Both the position numbers and the translations under genes were made by a program. Shown here in pieces: positions 53,536 to 64,000 of a stretch of 64,000 nt of DNA (the first letter of the stretch is position 1; every line of letters starts with the position of its first letter). The DNA is from the human T2T-CHM13v2.0 reference genome, Homo sapiens: assembly GCF_009914755.1 (NCBI RefSeq), contig NC_060925.1; one strand, given 5' to 3'. Below the pieces are notes generated by a model that was given only the letters and a program-made list of their open reading frames with translations, made no database searches and was not told the origin of the DNA.

Positions 53536-56500
53536 CCGATGTACTGAATCTTTGTAATCTACAAAAATAGGAATCTAGCTCCCTTCCCTTTAAGAACTTA
53601 CAATTTAGTTGTGGAATAAAACAAACACATCATCTACTCATTCCTTAACTAAGCATTTTTGTCAAATCAATTGGAAGATTTTCTTCCATGAGATCATATC
53701 TCTGATTTTATAAAACAAGTCAATGAGAGAGAGAAAATTCTTTTTATAGTCAATCTTGCTGGAAGGCATCTTTACCATAAAATAAATGTTTCAGGAGTCT
53801 CTTGGGAAGAATTCATGATGCAGTTGAGATCCACTGTCATCACTATGTAACAGTGTTCCTTCTCATGGGAATTGGATGAGATTAAGAGACTTTGTGAATA
53901 TTCTCTGTTGTGCTTAAGCAAAGTTTATAAGGCTCTTGGTGTCCCAACCAAGAATACAGGCTTTGTATAGGCAAGAAGGGGAGGCATAAGATATCTGTAA
54001 ATTTCCCACTAAAAGCTCATCTTCACTTAGAAACCAAATTGTTTGATTATTAAGCATTTCTATTCAAGAATAGAGAGAAATTTACTCCTCAATGATCCAA
54101 ATAAGGTAATAATGTCATAAATAATGATTGATTAAGCACTTACTCTAGCCCTGAAACTCTCCTAACAGTTTTACCTCATTTAATTTTCACATCTCTAAAA
54201 AGTACATTCTATTTTTATCATCATTTTAGAGAAGAGGAAACTGAGGCACAGAGTTATAAAATAACTGAGGAAGTTATGATTAGCTAACTCCACTGATCCA
54301 GATTGCCTGCCCTTGCGAAAGTTGTAAAAGGAGGTCATAACAGTACCCCTCTCCCACAGGCTACCGGTTACCCCCAAGGACTTTGCTGTAGGCACAGCCT
54401 GCACCCAGCTCTGGGCTCAGGGACTTTCTGGACAATTGCACAAGTTCAGGAGTGGCATGGGCAATGCCTGAATAATTGCCCAGCCTTTTATGTTAGAAAA
54501 AAAAGAAAAGAAAAAGAAAGTGAAGTTCTTTAGGCCTGTCTCTGTCTCATAGCACTCTGCATAATCTGTCTTATTGTGGTCAAAATGCAATATGTACACT
54601 ACTTTAGAAGCTTATCAAATCAGAGATGTTCTCTTGCTCAGGTTGGGCCCGACTGAATGATATCGGGGCAAAGTGATGAGAGTTTCAAGACTCCAACAGA
54701 CATAAAAGAATAAAAGAGTTATTTCATTGTCCCATTTTTCCTCTACCCTAGAAAGTCCAAGAAACACTTGATTGTAATGTGTACAGTTTCCAGATTTTGA
54801 CCGAAGATAAAGTTATTTTCAAATATCTGAGAAATCTAAGACCACGTTCCCTACCCTACCTTCCCCCTGTCCTCAAGTTAAAGACCCATGGACCACAGCC
54901 AAGCCCCTGGGCAAAGCTGGATAACTCTCAAAGGGGAAGTATTCTGACCTTTCAATTATATTCCCGAGAATGAGGATGATAAGCTTGAGTCCCCCAATCA
55001 TAACTCACTGCCATCTTAGACCTGCTGAATGGACAGGTCTGCTCTGACAGATAGATTATGAGGCACGCAAAGAACAAAGAACCTTTCTCTGAGGAATTTC
55101 ATAATCACTGTGTCTTTTCTTCTCCTTCCTTTAACATGTGTAATTTATCTTCTCTTGGAAAGGTGCATATAAATTTTAATGCAATTTGCTTAAGAACAAT
55201 TAACAAAGTCACAATTTGAGAATCCTATTTGTTTCCCAGGAGAAAGGGAAACATCTGAACTGCATGCTGAGTACTAAGGAGACTTCAGGCCCTTAAAGAG
55301 GAATTTAACTAGAAGGTATCCCTGATTTGTCAGGCCCTTAAGACAATAAAACATATCTGTGTGATCATAAGACAGCCCCATCCTTCAACACTGACTAAAA
55401 AGCCTTAGGTGACATTGAACAAGCAGGCACATATCTCAGGACTTCAAGATTAGAGAGATGGAGCCCTCCATCTCTAGTCAAATAAAACACTAGTCACAGA
55501 ATTTCTGTAAAGGAAGAGTATTAAGGACATTGTCCAATCTCCAGTTCTACGTACTTTCCCCTTCCACAATGTGTTTGGCAAATGGTCAGACTCCCTTTCT
55601 ATTGTCCAGAGGCTAGGAGGAAAAGATTATCTTATTCCACATTAGAAACAAATGCTTATCCCCCAGGTGGCTATAAATCCCAGGTGGCATTCAGGTAGTT
55701 TCCCTTGTAACCTGCTGATGCAGCTGAAATTTTCTCAAGTATGGATTGGAAAAAAGAAGCTGCCTATCCATCTCTACCCTCCTTGCTAGGCTCTGGGAGG
55801 CATGCTGAATGCACAAAAGGCCCACTTTTCAACTTGAGAGTCAATACAAGTGGAATAGCCAGTGTTTCCAATTCAGCATGACAATCTGAGTCAATGCATT
55901 TAACACTCTCCCTTCGTAACTTGCAGCTGAAATGACCTATGCAAAAGAAGAGGACAAACACTCCACTCCTTGGTGTGACGGGACCAGAGATGAGTGACGA
56001 TCATAAGACTGTCATTTTGTTGAGGGCAGTGTCAAATTCAAACTCCACCACCACCTTGAGAAGGAAACAGGTGCTGGAGCTCTCAAGGAGGGCCGGGTGG
56101 TCCCAGGGATGCTCAAGACTTGTTCACAGCACAGAAGGCATGGAGAATGGAGCAGAGGTTCTGATGAGGTTTGCTCTTGGGGAGGGCCGCCATGCTGGCT
56201 GGAGGGGTACTGCTGCCTGCCCCGGTGGGCTTCAGCTGCTGTGACAATCCCAGGAGGAGCCCTTCAGCCAGAGATGAGGCTGCCTACCTATGGCCACCTC
56301 TCTTCTTACTTCTCATACACCAAGACACTTCTAAGGTGGTTAAGGTCAACAAAATATAAACTTATTTCCTGTGCCAAGACTGAAAGGCTTTCACAGGGAT
56401 GCATAATCTCTGAGAGAACACTTACCCATTCCCATGCTGGACAGGCATAAGCCTCCCATTGTAAGGATGAGAAAATGGAGGAAAATGACCACATATAGAA

Positions 56501-56939
56501 ATAATGGGGCCAATATGAGGAGTGCCAGACAAACTTAATAAAATAATATTTATCTGGATTTATTCTAGCAAATTAGATTAAGAAGTATATTATTAGGGTT
56601 TATTAAGTAGTGTTAGACATTGGTAGGATTCATAATAAAAATACATACATGGCTTAAACTATGTGAAGCATATAAACCCTTAGAAAAATCTCTTATTATA
56701 ATGTATTAAATTTAGAGAAGTCACAGGATAATATCAATAGATATTGAAGAGTCATTTGGTCTGATGAAATTCCACATATATTACTGATATTAATACAAAA
56801 TCAAAACATCAGAGAACTATAAAAAGTATACTTCCTTGACACAATAAAAAAATGCTTACTTCATACCTAAAAGTCAAGCACAAGGGGCATTCCCATTAAA
56901 ATTAGGTACCGTATAAAGATGCCTGCTATTATGAGCCTT

Positions 56940-57457
56940 GTGTTAGTCAAGGTTCTTCAGAGAAACAGAGCCAGTAGGATATGAGAGGGGATTTATGAGG
57001 GAATTGGCTGCTCACATGACCACAGAGGCAAAGTCCCACGACCAGCCACCTGTAAGCTAAAGAGAACCAGGGAACTCAGAACCAGGGAAGCTGACCGTGC
57101 AGCCCCCAGTCTGGGGCCAAAGGCCTGAGAGCCCTGGGAGGTCACTGGTGCAAGTCCCAGAGTCCAAAAGCCAAAGAACCTGGAGCCTGATGTCCAAGGG
57201 CAAGAGGAGGAAAAGCCTCCCACTCCAGAGGAAAGACAGCAGAGACAGAGAATCTGCTGTCTTTCTCCTGTTTGTTCCAACCAGGCCCCCAACCAGTTGG
57301 ACAATGCCTGCCCCCATCGAGGGCAAGTCTTCTTCTCTCAGTCCACTGACTCACCCACCAATCTCTCCTGGAAACAGACACACCCAGAAACAAACCAGCC
57401 ATTTAGGCATCTCTCAATCTCCTCATGTTAAAAATTAAAGTTAAAATTAACAGTCAT
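56940..57457 (-). mobile_element. MLT2B LTR within an ancient L1
   Basis: tgtgttagtcaaggttcttcagagaaacagag..gacacacccagaaa. Confidence 0.85.
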
Positions 57458-58224
57458 AACGATTATTCAAAATGTGAGAAATTTTTAGGCAACTGTAATA
57501 AGGCGAGAAGAAAGAATTAGAAAGTATATATTTTGGAAAGAGAAGATAAAATTATAATTTTTTGCATGATGATATAATTACTTGAAACCCCAAGAAAATT
57601 AGCCACAAAACAGTTAGTACTAATTAGAGAATTCGTGTAATGTGTCCAATTGCAAAATAAATATACAAAACTTAATAGCATCCTGAAATGCCTTCAGGGA
57701 TTAGGCAGACAACAAAAATGAATAAAGTACACTGGTGGGGACCTTTCCTGATGATGGGAAGCAATTGCCTCCCAGCTCCTGCACATTTTTGTCAAGGGAG
57801 ACTGTGAGTCTAGAGTTGCCAGATATTCTGATTTTTAAGGAGAATTTGTAAAAACAGATTCTTGTATAAAACTTTCTGATTTTTAGATGCAGATAACTAA
57901 TTCAAAAATATTCTGAACTAAATATATTCATAGGCTAGATATGGCCATGGGCCTCCAGTGTGCAACTTTTGATCAGTGCTTCCCTTTATAATTAATCTGC
58001 AAATATAGCAGAAGTAATGTGAAATGGTATAAAAAATTGATTAATCTTTGAATAGTGAATCATTTGAAATAAATTAAATTAAATTTCTACTTCTTGTATT
58101 ATACCAAATAAAGTCTACAGGGTAATGATTTAAAGCAAAAAATGGAACTAAACAAGCAGTAGAAAATATATATATAGGAAAGTATTTATATAATTTCAAG
58201 TTGGGAAATGCTTTCTCAAAAATA

Positions 58225-59280
58225 ACAAAAGAAAATATTTGCAAACTATTCATTTGACAAGGGACTAATATCTAAAATATACAAGAAACTCAACTCAATA
58301 CCAAAAAAAGACAAATAATTATATTAAAAGTGGGCAAAGAATCGGAATAGACATTTCTCAAAAGGAGACATACAAATACACAATAAGTATATTTTTTAAA
58401 TGCTTAACACCACTAATTAGGGAAATGCAAGTCAAAATCACAATGAGATATCACCTTATCCCAGTTAGAATAGCTATTATCAGGGAAAAAAACAAATGCT
58501 GACAAGGATGTGGAGAAGGGGAACTGTTATACACTGTTGGCGGGAATGTAAGTTAGCATAGTTACTACGATAAGAGTATGAAGATTTCTCAAAAAACTTA
58601 AAGTAGACCTACCATGCAATCCAGCAATTCCACTACTGGGTATTTATCCAAAGGAAAGGAAATCAGTGTATCAAAGGGGTATCTGCACTCCTATATTTAA
58701 TGTAGGACTATTCACAATAGCATAGATATGGAAGCAAACTGTGTCCATCAAGGGGAAAATGGATAAAGAAAATGTATATATACACAATGGAATACTATTT
58801 GGCCATAAAAAACGGGATGAAATCCTATTATTTGCAGCAACATGGATGGAACTAGAGGTCATTATGTCGAGTGAAATAAACCAAGCACAGAAAGACAAAT
58901 CACTCATATGTGAGAGCTAAAAAATTTGATCACAGGGAGTTAGAGAGTAGAATGATAGATACCAGAGGGTGGGAAGGGTGTGTATGTGGATGGGGGGGAT
59001 GAAAAGAGGTTGATTAATGAGTAAAAACAAACACTTAGACGAAAGGAAAAAGCTGTAAAGTTTGATAGCAGAGTGAGGTGACTATAGTTAACAACAATAC
59101 CTTGTATATTTCAAAATAGCTGGGAGAGAAGACTTGAAATGTTCCCAATACAAAGAAATGATAAATGTTTGAGGTGGTGAATATCCTAAATGCCCTGACT
59201 TGATCACTACACATTCCATGCATGTATCAAAATAGCACTTGTACCCTATAAATACATACAAATATGTATCAAAAAATAAT
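58225..59280 (+). mobile_element. L1MA 3' end
   Basis: gaaaatatttgcaaactatt..ccagcaattccactactggg..atggatggaactagagg. Confidence 0.9.
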
Positions 59281-59829
59281 GTCTACAATAACAACATTTT
59301 AAAAATAGCAACAGAGAAATCACAAAAAGAAAAACTGGCCTAAATTACATATATTTTTTAACCATTTCAGATCAAAAAATAAAAGGCCAATGGCAGACTA
59401 GAAAAAATATTTAAAACACATAGACTCAATATCCATTTATAGAGATACTGGTCCTACAAATCAATAACAAGCATCTTCAGAGAATATTGAGTACAGGATA
59501 TAGAAAAGCAAGTCATTAAATTAGAAATGCCAATAGCTAACAAGTGTAAGACAAAAACATTCAACCTCACAAGTAATCAAATAAATACAAATTAAACCAC
59601 TGATGAGATACCATTTTCCCTATTGATTTGACAAACATTTTTGAAATTGTTTTTGAGACCCAGTGTTAACAAAGGCATTTATTTTTGGTAGAAGTGGACA
59701 TTAATTCAGCCCGTAGAAAAATTTGGCAATATGCGTCAGAACTCTTTGACTCAGCAAGTCTACTTCTCAAAGTTTAGACTAAGGAAATAGGAATATACTG
59801 TATACAAGGATTTAATTGCAAGGATATCA

Positions 59830-60100
59830 TTTTTTTTTTGAAGCATTGTCTCACTCTGTCACCCAGGCTGGAGTGCAGTGGTACAATCATAGCTCACTGC
59901 AGCCTTATCTCCCAGGCTCAGTCTCCCAAGTAGCTGCGACTACAGGTACACACCAGCATGCCTGGCTAATTTTTGTTTTTTAATAGAGACAAGGTATCCG
60001 TATGTTTCCCAGGCTGGTCTCAAACTTCTGACCTCAAGCAATCCTCTTGTCTCAGCCTCCCAAAGCGCTGGGATTACAAGCGTGAGCCACCACAGCCAGC
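59830..60100 (-). mobile_element. AluJ
   Basis: Reverse Alu; TSD-like aggat..catt. Confidence 0.9.
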
Positions 60101-60277
60101 CAGGATGGCATTATTGACACACTAGCAGAACACAAAAACAAAAACAAAAACCAGAAACAATGCGAACACTGATAAATAGCTAAATTCGTACATTCATACT
60201 GTGAAATTCTTGGCGGTCATTTAAAGTCTGTAGAAAGTCTTGAAGAATATTTATTATTATTAAAAGATAGGGGCCCA

Positions 60278-60975
<698 letters not shown>

Positions 60976-61876
60976 AGATAGTCACAATACATTGCTAAGT
61001 TTTTTTTAAGTTTATTTTAAATTAAAATGAATAGTATGACTCCAAACTCTACAGTATATATACAATGATCTGGAAGAATACAACCTTAGATATTAACAGT
61101 GGTTATCCCTGGATGGTGGAGTTATGATTATTGTGTTCCAAATTTCCTATTTAAAAATTTTGCTTCTGTTTTACTATAAGGAACATATTGTTTTGATAAC
61201 AAGTAAGATTTTTATTTTTACTTAAAAAATAAAGCTGGGGTCCTCAGGTGGACTAACTGACTGTTACAGTTACTTAGCTATATTAGAAAGAGCTGGACAT
61301 AGTTCTTATGGCTGTTTACTCTGTGTGTGTGTGTGTGTGTAAATATATATACCATATATAATCAGTAAGCCTACCTTTCTACTTATGTTTTGCTTGGACT
61401 GCTTTAAACCAAACGCATATGCCAAAAGCCAATAAAGAGATCCACCCCAGACATATGCAAAATACTACAAGAGAGCTTAGGCAGGCTTTAATTTAACAAT
61501 TAAAGGATTGTTAAAATTAAAATTTTATTGCAAATAATCTACAAAGCTGCATGTAGTTTATTAGAGTTGCCTATAAGTATCTGGTTTATCTATGACCACT
61601 TAATATAGTTAATGGACCTTATGCAAATATATACAGGCTCAAAAAGAGACTTAATGGCAGACTTGGCCTTCCTTCCATGCCCAGTTAACAGGGGATGGCT
61701 CCCAGCCCCTCAAACACACAGAAAGATAAAACTAGAGAGATTTTGCCAACAATTTAAGCAAGGAAAAATCTAGAGCTGCAAAGTGTGTAACATTTACTAG
61801 ACTAATATGAGAATAGATTCATAAACAACACAAGTGTCCAAAATAAACTATCATATAGAGAAATTACAAACATCTA

Positions 61877-62220
<344 letters not shown>

Positions 62221-62379
62221 TCCCACACTTTAAAAATAATACAGCATTTCTCTGACTTAACTGACTTCTCCCCAGTTTCCTTTGCCCATTGCTGCCCAGC
62301 TAGATTATCTAATATTACAGTGCCCAGAGCTCGGTCTTAGGCCCCCCAAGCAATCTCACCCAGGCCCTTGTCTTTAAGC

Positions 62380-63030
62380 AACATTTATAATCTGGTGATT
62401 CCCAAATATATATCTGACTGTCCCTCTGACTTCCTCACTAAGACTGCTGACATCTCACACTTGACACGATCGATTCCAAACCGTCTTCCTCCCTAAAACT
62501 ACTCCTTCCATCAGTCTTCATAATTCAGTGAAGAACATTACCATCCATCTAGTTGCCCAAGCCAAAAGCCTAGCACCCACTTTGGATTTCCCTTTTCTTT
62601 TCCCTGACACCAAATCCGTCAACAAGTTCTGCCAGTTCTCTCCCCAAGATACAAAAATGCATGCTGAATCAACCCACTTCTTACCATCTCTAGTACTGTC
62701 ACTCTTATTCAAGCCTTCACAGAATCCATTCTCCATTGAGCAGCTGGAGTGTTTTTCAAAAAATGTAATTCATATCTGCTTAAATCTCTTCAGTGGCTTT
62801 CGGCTGCACATAGGAAAATAAACAAGCAAACAAAAAAAAAAACCTCTGAACTTCTCACCATGATGCAATCAAGCCTCTGAATGCCCTTCTTCTACTCTTT
62901 ACTCCTTGCAGATAATTCTCTAGCCACAAGAGCCTTTTCTATTTCTGGGATGCCAAGTTCATCCTACCTGAAGGCCACTGCACTTTTTGTTCCCTTTGCC
63001 TGAAAGTCCCCCACTCTATTCCTACCCAAA
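62380..63030 (+). mobile_element. L2 remnant
   Basis: ccatccatctagttgcccaagccaaaa..aaatcc.tcaacaagt.ctg L2 motifs. Confidence 0.7.
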
Positions 63031-64000
63031 CCCTATTAATTAGTTTTTAAAATATTAAGAAATTGTGAATGTGCCTTGAGAGCATGCTGCGTGTAAGTGG
63101 CAATCAGAAGACTTGGGTATTAGTCTCGCACACTTTTCAAGATAGGACACCTGCTCTAAACCAATATGATAATGACTTTGGTCAACAACCAAGGTGATTC
63201 CTTGGCTCATGATTTCCCCTTCTCTGGTACAAGTCCCAACAGCTAACTCCTCTCTTGTTAATTTAAAACCCAAATATAGAGATCTGGAAACGAGGTCACT
63301 GGAGTTGGTCACCTGCTGTGGAAGTCCCCAAACTGTCCAATCTCTTGCCTCCCCAGACTTCCTTGTTCAGTTCTTTCCTAGGGATTTATGGATTGTCCAG
63401 TATCCTTTAAGTCCTTTAGCTAAAGTTGGTTTCTGTAACTTAAAATTGAAAAGAACGTTAGAAGAATCCCTTCTTAATTGTCTGGTTAGCTTCCTAGAAC
63501 TCAGCTTTACAGAACCATTCTCTTAGTATTGGCTACCCCAGGGCATCTGTGGAATCTAAACTCAGCATGGATATTGACATATGTAGAACAACTTAATATT
63601 CATCTTCCCCACCTCATATTCATGCGTGCACATGCATGCGTGTGCACACACACATATTCTCTCTCTCTCTCTCTCCCCCTTTCTCTCCCCACACTGCATT
63701 CTTTCCAAGTCCTCTCATCACCCTTTGTACTTTTCTCCAGCATCCACCAGGCTGGATTTGTTCTGCCTTGATGTTTTCTCACAGTTCATCCTTCCACTGC
63801 ATGCTGGGCTCCCAATATTTGTTATAAAATTAGGAACCTTATTTATGTATGTAAAGAGGCCTTCTGCATGCACAATCAATAAATGTGAGCTCAAAATGAA
63901 CCCTTTCTCTCCTACGAGGCACTCACTTCCCTTGCCTTTCCTGGGTTATCTTCTATTTCATTGTCCCTGGTAGCTATGTTCTAATCACCAAGGCAGGGGT

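Noticed and set aside
55764-55961. Serine-protease-like 'VHSACLP' and Ig-like 'YEGRV' snippets
   Set aside because: Too short; no catalytic motifs or neighbouring exons

Overview
Repeat-rich human (primate) genomic DNA with no intact protein-coding gene; nearly all listed ORFs are repeat-derived or chance. From memory, the 3-exon + strand lncRNA (exons ~6297-6471, 21705-22183, 23671-~24160) is LINC01133, which places the window on chr1q23.2 between SLAMF9 and PIGM (both outside the window). Its first intron holds, on the - strand, an unprocessed FCRL6 pseudogene (FCRL6P1): three Ig-domain exons with intact GT-AG sites, two nonsense codons and a probable frameshift. The rest is Alu, L1, L2, MIR, DNA-transposon and LTR sequence; subfamily names are by eye, not RepeatMasker, and many boundaries are approximate. 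Most notable observations: (1) the pseudogene's similarity to FCRL6 falls from domain 1 to 3 and is followed by non-FCRL6 TM/tail-like exons and a polyA site, suggesting an extinct paired receptor; (2) LINC01133 intron 2 is built from two copies of a complete 165-bp mini-intron; (3) a THE1/MLT2A chimeric LTR element sits under a single target-site duplication; (4) several locally templated non-tandem duplications occur.
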